A stretch of 42,236 bases of DNA from NCBI GenBank assembly GCA_041288045.1, contig JBGGMM010000181.1:1-42236 (forward strand). Direction: 5' to 3'. The notes under the pieces are model-generated. The model was not told the DNA's origin. It searched no databases and saw only the letters and a program-made list of their open reading frames with translations. Positions 27,405 to 36,700 of the stretch are shown here, one piece after another; positions within the stretch are counted from its first letter, which is position 1; each line of letters opens with the position of its first letter. This DNA is from Pseudobdellovibrionaceae bacterium. Lineage in GTDB: Bacteria > Bdellovibrionota > Bdellovibrionia > Bdellovibrionales > Bdellovibrionaceae. Both the position numbers and the translations under genes were made by a program.

Positions 27405-27546
27405 CAGTTGCCAGATTCAACAAATTGGTCATTCCGAAAAAAGACTGGCTAAAGTTTTGACAACCAGGTGACGGTTCACGTCTAGGCCCTTGATCTGACG
27501 GATTTCTCATTCGATGATAGAGGTTCATCACACGAAAGGAACAAAC

Positions 27547-27897
27547 ATGGAAAAGCGAAAGGGCAGCTGCCATTGCGGAAAAGTCCAATTTGAAGCCAAG
27601 GGCAATTTCAACGAAGCCCTCAGTTGCAATTGCTCAATCTGCCAGAGAAAAGGCACTCTGTTGGCCTTTGTCCCCGAAACTGATTTTCAACTGCATTCCG
27701 GCGACAATTCACTGACTGATTATCAATTTGGAAAAATGCGAATTCATCACACTTTTTGCTCAACTTGTGGAGTGCAGGCTTTTTCTTCAGCCCAAATGCC
27801 AGATGGAACCAAAATGAAAGCGATCAATGTGCGATGTCTGGAGGGGATGGATTTGAAAGATCTCAAAATCAAAGAATATGACGGGAAGTCGATTTAG
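27547..27897 (+). CDS. GFA / CENP-V family zinc protein
   Basis: GSCHCG, CNCSIC, H.FCSTCG, INVRCL, YDG. AAGGA SD. Confidence 0.93.
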   Translation: MEKRKGSCHCGKVQFEAKGNFNEALSCNCSICQRKGTLLAFVPETDFQLHSGDNSLTDYQFGKMRIHHTFCSTCGVQAFSSAQMPDGTKMKAINVRCLEGMDLKDLKIKEYDGKSI

Positions 27898-27906
27898 ATA
27901 AAAATC

Positions 27907-28362
27907 TTAAATCAAATCCCGAATCTCGCGAATAATCCCCTCAATCTGCGCTGGCGAAGCAGGAGCGACGAAGATGGTGTCGTCGCCAGCAATGGTGCCC
28001 AGGATGCCGCCGATTTTGGCTCGGTCAAAGTGGGCAGCCACCAAGCTGGCGGATCCCACGGAGGTGTGGATCACAATGAGAGATCCGTTATGGCGAATGT
28101 CCAATAAGAGATGCTTGAGGCTGGAGGAGGGGAGAGCCGGTGACGAGGAGGCTTCGGCCGAGAGTCTGTAAACGGTTTCGCCTGTAGAATTGATGGTTTT
28201 AATAGCGCCGATTTTTCTGAGGTCTCTGGAAATCGTGCTTTGAGTGATGTCGAAATTATGCCTTCGCAAATCATCGGCCAGCTCTTCTTGAGTGGAGCTT
28301 TTCCCCTCAATCAGGAGCTGGCGCAGGAGCTGTTGTCTTTGTTTTGGATCAGTGTTGCCCAT
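27907..28362 (-). CDS. argR: Arginine repressor
   Basis: TQEEL, TQSTISRDL, GTIAGDDT. Confidence 0.96.
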   Translation of the reverse strand: MGNTDPKQRQQLLRQLLIEGKSSTQEELADDLRRHNFDITQSTISRDLRKIGAIKTINSTGETVYRLSAEASSSPALPSSSLKHLLLDIRHNGSLIVIHTSVGSASLVAAHFDRAKIGGILGTIAGDDTIFVAPASPAQIEGIIREIRDLI

Positions 28363-29278
28363 TGTAAAGTCCAATCAGCAAAGCTTTTTGTGCGTGCAAG
28401 CGGTTTTCCGCTTGTTCAAACAGAGCCGACGCCGGCAATTCCACCACATCCGCTGTGATTTCTTGTCCTTTGATCATAGGCAAGCAATGAAGAACGATGG
28501 CATTGGGATTTGCTTTTGCCAGCAAGGCTTTGTTGATTTGATAACCTTCAAAAGCTTGCAGTCGAATTTTATTTTCAGCTTCAAATCCCATGCTGGTCCA
28601 AACATCGGTGTAAATCGCATCCACGTCCTTGACAGCTTCAGCAGGCGTTTGAAATTTTCGAATTTGAGCACCAGCTTCTTTGGCTCTGAGTTCAGCTCTT
28701 TTGAGAATACTCTCATCCGGCTCATAACCTTTGGGACAAGCATAGTGCACATCCACGCCAACATAAGGAGCTATCAGCAAAAGTGAGTGCAAAACATTGT
28801 TGCCATCACCGATATAGGCAAGCCGAAGGCCTTTCAATTTTCCAAAGCGCTGCTTGAGTGTTTGCAAATCCGCAAGGGCTTGGCAGGGATGGTGGCTGTT
28901 GGAAAGGCCATTGATCACTGGGATCTTAGATTGAGAGACCATTTTTTCTAAAGTCTCATGCTCAAAAGTTCGAAGCATCACTCCATGGACCATACCTTGA
29001 AGAACGCGGATTGCATCTTCAGGTTCTTCATTTTTCTTTTGGCTTCCTTGCAGCTCAACCACTTGGCCGCCCAATTCTTGAATTCCCACAGTGAAGCTCA
29101 GTCGAGTTCTCAATGAGGGCTTTTCAAAAATCAGAGCGAGAGTTTTATTTTCAAGAGTTGTTTGTCTTTCACGGCCTCTGGTTTTCTTTAAGCTCTCCGC
29201 GACATCCAAAAGCTGAAGGAGCTCTGCTTGCGAGAGCTCTTCGCCTGTTAGAAAATGCTTTGTTTTAAACTGCAGCAT
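28349..29278 (-). CDS. argF: Ornithine carbamoyltransferase
   Basis: FEKPSLRTR, HPCQALAD, GDGNNV, DVWTSMG, HCLP, QAENRLH. AAGGAG SD before ATG 29278. Confidence 0.95.
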   Translation of the reverse strand: MLQFKTKHFLTGEELSQAELLQLLDVAESLKKTRGRERQTTLENKTLALIFEKPSLRTRLSFTVGIQELGGQVVELQGSQKKNEEPEDAIRVLQGMVHGVMLRTFEHETLEKMVSQSKIPVINGLSNSHHPCQALADLQTLKQRFGKLKGLRLAYIGDGNNVLHSLLLIAPYVGVDVHYACPKGYEPDESILKRAELRAKEAGAQIRKFQTPAEAVKDVDAIYTDVWTSMGFEAENKIRLQAFEGYQINKALLAKANPNAIVLHCLPMIKGQEITADVVELPASALFEQAENRLHAQKALLIGLYNGQH

Positions 29279-30083
29279 AGTGGACTCCTTCCCAAGAATT
29301 TGCATCATCAGGCACGCACCAAGTGCCGACCTGATCGCTCCAAACCCCTTTGACTGAATCTTTGGTGTTCATCACCCGAACCGCTTTCACTCCGTGCTTG
29401 AGAGCAAATTGCAAAGCTCGAGTTTTCGTCAGCATTCCGCCGGTGACGACTTCTTGATTCACCAGGGTCTGCAATTGATCTTCCGTCAATTTTTCAATCA
29501 AGTTTTTTTGAAGATTGAGAATTCCTGATTGATCCGTTAGAAAAATCAAATACTCCGCTTTCAGTGCTGAAGCCAAGTGGCTCGCAGCCCAATCCGCATT
29601 GATATTGTAAGCTTCACCCTCTGCGCCCACACCAATCGGCGCAATCACGGGAACAGGCGAGCCTTCTGTTTTCAGAATGCCTTCAATCCATTGGGTCATC
29701 ACTTCTTGAATGGCGCCCACTTGCCCAAGCTCCTGAGAGGCCGCTTTGCAAAGCAATGTCTGACCATCAGCACCGGAAAGGCCTACAGCCGGAACACCGT
29801 GTGAGCTGAGGTGTCTGACGAGTTTGCGATTCACATCCCCGCAGAGCACGCTTTCAATCACGCCCATCATTTCAGGAGTTGTGATCCTTTGTCCTTGCAA
29901 GAAATTCCAAGTGATCCCGCGACGAGTGAGCTCGGCATTGATCGCCGGACCCCCGCCATGCACTAAAATCACCTGGTAATTGTATTTTCTCAGTTGAATC
30001 AAAGCTTCCGTCAGGGTCGTCAAAACGGTTTCATCCTGCAAAGAAGCACCACCTAATTTAATCAATATGCGTGATGATTTCAT
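29265..30083 (-). CDS. argB: Acetylglutamate kinase
   Basis: IKLGG, VHGGGP.IN, G.RIT, GLSG.DG, NINAD, LTD..G, GGM..K. Confidence 0.95.
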   Translation of the reverse strand: MKSSRILIKLGGASLQDETVLTTLTEALIQLRKYNYQVILVHGGGPAINAELTRRGITWNFLQGQRITTPEMMGVIESVLCGDVNRKLVRHLSSHGVPAVGLSGADGQTLLCKAASQELGQVGAIQEVMTQWIEGILKTEGSPVPVIAPIGVGAEGEAYNINADWAASHLASALKAEYLIFLTDQSGILNLQKNLIEKLTEDQLQTLVNQEVVTGGMLTKTRALQFALKHGVKAVRVMNTKDSVKGVWSDQVGTWCVPDDANSWEGVHYAAV

Positions 30084-31276
30084 GAGTACTCCGTGTTGAT
30101 TTCAACATATTTTTTGGAAAGGTCGCAGCCCCAAGCCACAGCGGCTTCCTCTCCGGATTTCAAATCGATTTGGACTTGGATTTTGGTTTGCTTCAAAAGT
30201 CCTTTGACCGATTCGCGATCAAACTCCACTGGCATTCCATTTTCAAACAAGGTCTGTCCTTGCAGTTTCAAAGTCATCGCATTCAAACAAGACATCGGAA
30301 CTTTGTCGGCTCCTAGTCGCGCTAGAATCCGACCCCAATTGGGATCTTCGCCATGAATCGCCGTTTTCACCAAAGGACTGAGAGTGATCCCGCGAGCGGC
30401 CGTCTTTGCAAGCTCCCGATTGGGGGCACCCGTGAGCTGCACTTCAATCAACTTACTCGCACCTTCTCCATCAGCGGCGATGGACTGAGCCAAAAATTTG
30501 GAGACGTCAGAAAGGGCCTCTTTGAAAAGAGCCAGATCCTCAGCTGTCGAAAGCTCAACGCCACTCTCACCACTCGCCATCATAAAAACGCAGTCATTGG
30601 TGGAAGATTCGCCGTCCACGCTGATCATGTTAAAGCTCACGTCCGTGGCTTCACGCAAAAGCGATTGCGCCAATTCCGGGGTCAATTTCAAATCCGTGAG
30701 CAGGTATCCCAGCATGGTCGCCATATTGGGATGAATCATTCCGGAACCTTTGCAGATCCCAGTCAAACGAATATCCCCTTGCGAAAGTTTCACAACAGTC
30801 GTTACGGATTTCGGCACAAGATCAGTAGTCAAAATCGCCAGAGCAAAATTCTCAGCCACATCCGTCGCTCTTTCGATAAGCTCAGGGATTGATGGCGTGA
30901 TCTTCTCAATTTCCATTTGCTTGCCGATCACGCCGGTGCTGGCGGTGAGAACTTGGTTCGATTGAATATGGAGGGAATTGGCCACAGCCTCTGCCATTTT
31001 CAAATTGTTGACAATCCCTTCGGGACCTGTAGCCGCATTGGCCTGTCCAGAATTCGTGACAATGGCTCTCGCATTCGAGCAAGGGAGAATGCTTTGGCAG
31101 TAGGTGACCGGAGCCGCTTTCATTTCGTTCAAAGTGAAAACTCCGGCTGCCACTGCGTCTTTCTCAGTGAAAATCAAACCAATATCGGGACGGTAGCGTC
31201 GGACTCCGCAATTCACACCGCTAGCGAAAAACCCCAAAGGCAATTGTGTTCGGTGAAGTCCTGGACCTGGTGTCAT
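30080..31276 (-). CDS. argJ: Glutamate N-acetyltransferase (ornithine acetyltransferase)
   Basis: NSG.ANAATG, STGVIG, TTD, KGSGMIHPNMATML, DGESSTND, DGEGA.K, DPNWGRI. Confidence 0.96.
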   Translation of the reverse strand: MTPGPGLHRTQLPLGFFASGVNCGVRRYRPDIGLIFTEKDAVAAGVFTLNEMKAAPVTYCQSILPCSNARAIVTNSGQANAATGPEGIVNNLKMAEAVANSLHIQSNQVLTASTGVIGKQMEIEKITPSIPELIERATDVAENFALAILTTDLVPKSVTTVVKLSQGDIRLTGICKGSGMIHPNMATMLGYLLTDLKLTPELAQSLLREATDVSFNMISVDGESSTNDCVFMMASGESGVELSTAEDLALFKEALSDVSKFLAQSIAADGEGASKLIEVQLTGAPNRELAKTAARGITLSPLVKTAIHGEDPNWGRILARLGADKVPMSCLNAMTLKLQGQTLFENGMPVEFDRESVKGLLKQTKIQVQIDLKSGEEAAVAWGCDLSKKYVEINTEYS

Positions 31277-31279
31277 CTT

Positions 31280-32326
31280 TTACTCCTTCAGCCCCAAGCC
31301 AAATTGCTCAGGGAGATCCAAAAGTCGGTTCAAATTTGAGACAGCCTGGCTGGCTGCTCCCTTCATCAAATTATCAATCGTTGAAAACAGATAAAGCTTG
31401 TTCCCACTCAGTTGATAGCTGAGATGTGTGTGGGGAGTTCCCACCACAAATGAAAGCTTGGCCAGCTTGGCAATGTTGGATCCAAAAGTGACAAGCGGAT
31501 TGGATTCATAATCCTCGGCAAAAGCAGCTTCAATCAAAGCCAAATCGGTCGTCTTGCTCTGCGCATAGATCGACGCCAAAATCCCTTTTTTCACTGGCAA
31601 GAGATGTGTGGAAAAATGCGGCTCAATTTTTTTGCCAGTAAATAGCTCCACGGCCTCTTGAATTTCGGGATAGTGCTGATGATGGCCAATTCGGTAGGGA
31701 AGGCAATTGCCATCCACTTCCGAGAAAAGCAAATTCTCAGCCGCTTTTCTCCCAGCCCCTGTGGTTCCGGACTTGGCATCAATCACGATGTTCTCAGCCT
31801 GAATCAAATCTCTTTTTAAAAGAGGAATTAAGGCCATGGACACAGCCGTCGCGAAACATCCGGGATTGGAAATCAACAAAGTCTCAGGAGTGCTTGGCTT
31901 TGCAAATGGCACCAATCCATAGTGAGCTTTCTGAAGCCACTCTTTCTCTGTGTGTTCAAAGTGATACCATTTCTGATAGTCATTTTTCTTCAAGCGAAAA
32001 GCACCGCTCAAATCAATGACTCGTTTTCCTCGAGAAAGAATTTGCGGAGCCAACTTCAAAGAAACTTCGGGCGGAGTCGCCAGAAAAACCACATCCGTCA
32101 GATGATTCATCAATTGATCATCTGAAAGACAAACGACCCTCTCTGCTTTTTTCTCCATAAGCTCTTCGCTGAGCGAAAATTCTCTCAAAGCAAAGGCATA
32201 GGTGAGCTCAACCGCTGGGTGATGCAAAAGCAAACGCGAAAGCTCCAATCCGGAGTAACCGCGAGCGCCCACAATGCTGACGCTGATTTTATTTTTGAAT
32301 AGGTGAACTGCCTCTTTTTTATTCAT
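31280..32326 (-). CDS. argC: N-acetyl-gamma-glutamyl-phosphate reductase
   Basis: VGARGYSG.EL, IDLSG.FR, NPGCFAT, DAKSGTTGAGR, H.H.PEI, DNL.KGAASQA. Start at ATG 32326 is inferred. Confidence 0.95.
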   Translation of the reverse strand: MNKKEAVHLFKNKISVSIVGARGYSGLELSRLLLHHPAVELTYAFALREFSLSEELMEKKAERVVCLSDDQLMNHLTDVVFLATPPEVSLKLAPQILSRGKRVIDLSGAFRLKKNDYQKWYHFEHTEKEWLQKAHYGLVPFAKPSTPETLLISNPGCFATAVSMALIPLLKRDLIQAENIVIDAKSGTTGAGRKAAENLLFSEVDGNCLPYRIGHHQHYPEIQEAVELFTGKKIEPHFSTHLLPVKKGILASIYAQSKTTDLALIEAAFAEDYESNPLVTFGSNIAKLAKLSFVVGTPHTHLSYQLSGNKLYLFSTIDNLMKGAASQAVSNLNRLLDLPEQFGLGLKE

Positions 32327-32408
32327 CGTGTGTGCATAATTATTGAATAAATTTGCATTGTCAAATATATATTGCATTAGAAATTCAATGAATGCATAAG
32401 TATGCTTG
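32310..32408. promoter_or_regulatory. Cluster of ARG-box-like ArgR operators in the divergent argC/argG control region
   Basis: Cores resembling TGNAT-N4-ATNCA: TGCAT-AATT-ATTGA (32333-32346), TGAAT-AAAT-TTGCA (32344-32357), TGCAT-AAGT-ATGCT (32393-32406); extra ATTCA half-sites at 32321 and 32383. Confidence 0.8.
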
Positions 32409-32487
32409 ATGAGCTTGGACAAAGATCTTGAAAGTTTGCTTCAGATCCTTGATGACGAGCCAAAAAAAGAAGGGGAGACTCAAGCAC

Positions 32488-33717
32488 ATGAATCCAAAAA
32501 CAAACACCAATAATAATGATGCCGTTCTTTTAGTTTATAGTGGCGGACTAGATACTTCTGTCTGCATCCCTCTCATGCGTGAAGAGTACGGATACAAAAA
32601 AGTCGTCACGGTCACCGTGGATGTGGGCCAAGATCCGGCCGATATCACACAAGCCGCAGAAAAAGCAAAAATCCTCCAAACCGAGCACTACACCGCCGAC
32701 GCCAAGGAAGAGTTCGTCAAGGATTACTGTTGGTCCGCAGTGAAAGCCAATGGGGATTACCAAGGCTACCCCATGTCGACTTCGATTGCGCGTCCACTGA
32801 TCGCCGCGAAAGCTGTTGAGTACGCAAAAAAATTAGGCATTCAAGCTTTCGCTCACGGCTGCACAGGAAAAGGCAACGACCAATACCGAATCGAATTCGG
32901 CATCCGAAGCCAAATGCCAAACGCAGTGATCCACGCGCCAGTGCGGGAGCGCAATATGACTCGCTCATGGGAAATCCAATACGCCAAAGAAAAAAACATT
33001 CCGATCCAGCAATCCCTGAATAAGATCTGGTCGATTGATGAAAACCTCTGGGGGCGATCCATAGAGGGCGGCCGACTGGAGGAGCCGAACTTTGTCCCAC
33101 CGGAAGAGATTTTCCAGTGGACAAAATCAGTCGAGACTTCAGATTCGCAAGCAAGCCTTGTGAAACTGGGATTTAAAAACGGAGTTCCAGTCAGCATCAA
33201 TGGTGAAACTGCCACCCCAGCCCAGTTGGTTCTGCAAATGAACAAAATGGCCGGAAGCCACGGCATTGGCCGCATCGACATCATGGAAGATCGAATGATG
33301 GGTCTGAAAGTTCGCGAAAACTACGAATGCCCAGCGAGCACCGTTTTCCTCAAAGCTCACAAAGCCCTCGAAAACTTGGTTCTGACCCGCGATGAAATCA
33401 GATTCAAAGCCATCGTCGATCAAGAGTGGAGCCGCTTGGCCTACGAAGGCCTCTGGTGGGATCCGCTCAAAACAAATTTGGAAAGTTTTATCGATCAAAC
33501 CCAAAAGCGAGTGACTGGTGAAGTGACTTTAAAACTTTACAAAGGTCAAACCACAGTCTTGGGTCGAAGCTCTCCCTGGGCCCTCTACTCTGAAGATCTC
33601 GCATCTTTTGACACCACGACTTTTGATCAAAGAGAAAGCACAGGTTCAGTGAAAAACTTTGGTTTGCAATCTCGTATGTTTCATCAACTGGTGGAAAAGC
33701 ACCAAAAGGAAATGTGA
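32488..33717 (+). CDS. argG: Argininosuccinate synthase
   Basis: YSGGLDTS, ARPLIA, HGCTGKGNDQ.R, SIDENLWGRS.E, GRIDIMEDR..GLK.RE.YE. Confidence 0.97.
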   Translation: MNPKTNTNNNDAVLLVYSGGLDTSVCIPLMREEYGYKKVVTVTVDVGQDPADITQAAEKAKILQTEHYTADAKEEFVKDYCWSAVKANGDYQGYPMSTSIARPLIAAKAVEYAKKLGIQAFAHGCTGKGNDQYRIEFGIRSQMPNAVIHAPVRERNMTRSWEIQYAKEKNIPIQQSLNKIWSIDENLWGRSIEGGRLEEPNFVPPEEIFQWTKSVETSDSQASLVKLGFKNGVPVSINGETATPAQLVLQMNKMAGSHGIGRIDIMEDRMMGLKVRENYECPASTVFLKAHKALENLVLTRDEIRFKAIVDQEWSRLAYEGLWWDPLKTNLESFIDQTQKRVTGEVTLKLYKGQTTVLGRSSPWALYSEDLASFDTTTFDQRESTGSVKNFGLQSRMFHQLVEKHQKEM

Positions 33718-35087
33718 TCATGAAGCTCTGGGGTGGTCGATTTGCCAAGCCGACAGCAAAGGATTTTGAGGCTTTCTCTTCATCCATTGATGTGGATGCG
33801 AAGCTTTGGGCAGTGGATTTGAAAACATCCATCGCGCACGCTCGTATGCTCAGCCAGCAGGGAATCATCGGCAAAGAGGACGGCGAAAAAATCATCCAGG
33901 GCTTGCATCAAATCCACGAGGAAATTTCCAATCAGAAATGGACTTTTGATCCCAAGGCCGAAGACATTCACGGAGAAATTGAAAAGAGACTCTTTGAACT
34001 GATCGGCCCTGCTGCTAAAAAAGTCCACACCGCCAGAAGCAGAAATGATCAAGTCGCCACAGACACTAGACTTTATCTGAGCGAAGCGATCCGGGATCTG
34101 CTGCAGGATCTCAGGTCCGTGCAAGCCGAAATTTTAAAGCAGGCGAAAGATCACACCACAACCATTTTGCCTGGAATGACCCATTTGCAGCACGCTCAGC
34201 CAGTCAGCCTGGCCCATCATCTCATGGCCTATTACTGGATGTTTCAGCGAGACAGCAAACGATTGCAAGAAAGTCTGCCAAGGATTCTCAGTCTACCGCT
34301 GGGATCTGCGGCCTTGGCAGGAACTGGCTTTCCCATTGACCGGCAAATGACGGCGAAAGAAATCGGCTTTCAAAAAGTCAGCGAAAACAGTTTGGACGCC
34401 GTTTCCGATCGAGACTTTGTGATCGAATTTCTTTCTGACGCTTCAATGATCATGATGCATCTTTCAAGGCTGTGTGAAGAGTTGATTCTCTGGAGCACTC
34501 CCGAATTTGCTTTTGTCGAATTGGGTGACGAAGTCACAACGGGTTCTTCAATCATGCCGCAAAAGAAAAACCCCGATGTGGCCGAGCTCATTCGCGGTCG
34601 CGTGGGTCGGGTCTACGGCGCTTTGATGGGCGCTCTCACCATGATGAAAGCTTTGCCTCTCAGTTACAATCGCGACATGCAAGAAGATAAGATCCATCTT
34701 TTCGAAGGACTGGAAACTGTTCAGTCCTGTCTTCAGATGATGAAGCTGACGCTGGAAACCTGCCAGTGGAACAAAGAGAAAATGATGAAAAGTCTGAAAG
34801 CCGATTTTTCAAATGCCACTGATCTTGCTGATGATTTGGTTTTGAAAGGACTGAGCTTTCGTGAGGCCCATGAAATCGTTGGCCAAGTGGTGCAGGCCTG
34901 CGTGCAGGCGAAAAAAGGGCTCGAAGATCTGACATTGCCAGAGCTTCAAAAATTTCATTCTCTCTTTGATTTGGAAAGTTTAAAAAAAATGAACCATCAA
35001 CAAGTGATGTCTTTGAGACTTTCAGAGGGTGGAACAGCCCCTTCACAAGTGGAAAGACAAATTCAGATGGCTGAGAAAAATCACTGA
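33714..35087 (+). CDS. argH: Argininosuccinate lyase
   Basis: KLWGGRF, EDIH, HTARSRNDQ, THLQHAQP, GSSIMPQKKNPD, YNRDMQEDK. Start GTG 33714 or ATG 33720. Confidence 0.97.
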   Translation: MIMKLWGGRFAKPTAKDFEAFSSSIDVDAKLWAVDLKTSIAHARMLSQQGIIGKEDGEKIIQGLHQIHEEISNQKWTFDPKAEDIHGEIEKRLFELIGPAAKKVHTARSRNDQVATDTRLYLSEAIRDLLQDLRSVQAEILKQAKDHTTTILPGMTHLQHAQPVSLAHHLMAYYWMFQRDSKRLQESLPRILSLPLGSAALAGTGFPIDRQMTAKEIGFQKVSENSLDAVSDRDFVIEFLSDASMIMMHLSRLCEELILWSTPEFAFVELGDEVTTGSSIMPQKKNPDVAELIRGRVGRVYGALMGALTMMKALPLSYNRDMQEDKIHLFEGLETVQSCLQMMKLTLETCQWNKEKMMKSLKADFSNATDLADDLVLKGLSFREAHEIVGQVVQACVQAKKGLEDLTLPELQKFHSLFDLESLKKMNHQQVMSLRLSEGGTAPSQVERQIQMAEKNH

Positions 35088-35383
35088 ATGTAGCCGCCGT
35101 AACCATCAGTGGCCAAATTGAAATCCTTTTTATCATGGGTTTCTTCAGTCACTGGTTTTGCGGCTGAGCTCTGGGTGATTTCTTGATTCAATTCATCAAT
35201 GCTCAAATCTTCATTTTGAACTTTGGCCTGACGAGATTTCTTCTTCACAGTTTTTTTTGCAGAGTGGGTTTTGGAGATTTGTTTTTTATGGGTTTTGGCT
35301 TCAGCCGAGTCAGCCATTGAAAAGCTCAAAATCAGCCCTAAAGTCAAAGATGCGATTAAAAAGAAGAACCGGGAGCCTTTCAT
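35081..35383 (-). CDS. Small secreted Lys-rich hypothetical protein
   Basis: GGAGG SD, signal ending AEA, basic K-rich segment, acidic tail ending DGYGGYIQ. Confidence 0.7.
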   Translation of the reverse strand: MKGSRFFFLIASLTLGLILSFSMADSAEAKTHKKQISKTHSAKKTVKKKSRQAKVQNEDLSIDELNQEITQSSAAKPVTEETHDKKDFNLATDGYGGYIQ

Positions 35384-35410
35384 AAAAACCTCCAATGCAA
35401 CATAAGACTT

Positions 35411-35424
35411 ACAAGCTTCGTGCC
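35411..35424 (-). promoter_or_regulatory. Sigma54-like element upstream of the small Lys-rich gene
   Basis: Minus strand GGCACGAAGCTTGT: GGCAC plus TTGT at the -12 spacing (GT instead of GC). Confidence 0.4.
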
Positions 35425-35565
35425 GGGCCAAAAGTGATTGAGGCCGGGGCTCTCTGATCAATCCCTGTGTCTTAAAATGAGAAAAAAGCCCTCAAGACTT
35501 TGAAATCTCAAAGCTTCCTGAAAATTCGACTAAAAGAGTATCAGTGAATGAAAATTATCCAGCTC

Positions 35566-36468
35566 TTACTGAGAATTCAGCTCATACTGAGACTTGGCGT
35601 GAACAAACCAACAAGCTGGCCGCGTGCCTTTGGCTTCCAAAAACTGATGGAAGCTGCAATTGTCGGGATCTCCTAATTTGCCTGTGGGATGGGCCTGTCG
35701 TCGGCAGAGGGCACCGGCAACAAGAGTGTCCAGTCGACATTGAAAACTGGGGTAGGACTGCAAAGTGGTGCTGGGGACTTCTTTTGCAGGTGTAAAGAAG
35801 GAAACTTCAGCATCGCCCAATAAGGCTGAAAGAACATTGGTCAAAGAGAGGCTGGCCATCAGACTTCGCTGGCAAATGGCGGAATCTTCGGATCCAGCAC
35901 CCCAAACGTGGTCACATTTCAGCTTCATCTGAATGGGGACTGCCAGTTTTAGCAAAGAGGTTTTGTTATTTGCGCCCTTCAACATCAAAGGCAGGCAAAC
36001 ATTGGTGGCATAATAATCCGCCTGACCTTCGGCACTCAGATCAGCAAAGGGGTGTTGGGGTGCGCCAGCCAAATGATGGCCCATTTCGTGACAGAGGACG
36101 AGCAGATAATTATCCAAAGTCATTTGAGCTGTTCGAAAAAGGCCGCCATAAAGGTTCAACCAGCGGCGATCATCCGAGTGAGAGGCAAAAGCATTTTGTT
36201 CTTGCGAATCCCAATCCGCTTCAATCTCAATTTGCATGTGATGACTTTTTAAAATCGGCTGAAAAACCTTTTGGACCGAGCCAATCAAACTCCAAAACTG
36301 CTTCTCATTTTTATTTTCCAAAGATGGCGAAGCCCCCGATGCAGAAGCCATCGGCTGAAGGACTGAATCCGTCGGGAGCAATTGACAAAGAATTTCGCTG
36401 TCACTTCCAGGCGCTGCCAAAAGCGGAGAGCTCATCAAAACAGTCATCAACATGAGAATTCGGATCAA
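35566..36468 (-). CDS. Secreted HExxH zinc metallopeptidase (M48/ImmA-like), Cys-rich
   Basis: NAFA, LYGGL, LVLCHEMGHH, EGQADYYA, YPS.QCR; signal peptide; GAGGAGG SD before TTG 36468. Confidence 0.8.
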   Translation of the reverse strand: MIRILMLMTVLMSSPLLAAPGSDSEILCQLLPTDSVLQPMASASGASPSLENKNEKQFWSLIGSVQKVFQPILKSHHMQIEIEADWDSQEQNAFASHSDDRRWLNLYGGLFRTAQMTLDNYLLVLCHEMGHHLAGAPQHPFADLSAEGQADYYATNVCLPLMLKGANNKTSLLKLAVPIQMKLKCDHVWGAGSEDSAICQRSLMASLSLTNVLSALLGDAEVSFFTPAKEVPSTTLQSYPSFQCRLDTLVAGALCRRQAHPTGKLGDPDNCSFHQFLEAKGTRPACWFVHAKSQYELNSQ

Positions 36469-36700
36469 GAAGGCCTCCTCGGAAATCAACAACAGGGTCG
36501 AGTTGATATCCTGAATTGAAGCCGCTGGGAATCGCAAATTTTTATTTTTTCTAGAGCTTTTCATCCAAGCGGGGTTCAAGACCCGGTCCAATGGCGAAAG
36601 CTCGACCATCAGCGGGCTTCTGCGACAATCCGATGATTTGAATCCTGATCCCGGCTAATCTTGAAAAGTGCGGGCGATAAAGGCATGGCGTTTTCTTGAG

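Noticed and set aside
27360..27418. Cyclic di-GMP-I riboswitch (GGCAAAC...GGTCTA...CCAGTTGCC resemblance)
   Set aside because: It lacks the GNRA-capped stem and the GACGCAAA junction, and is too short. A cmsearch against the Rfam model would settle it.
32327..32487. Upstream extensions of argC (to 32422) and argG (to 32428)
   Set aside because: They run through the AT-rich operator/promoter region; downstream ATGs fit the family N-termini better.
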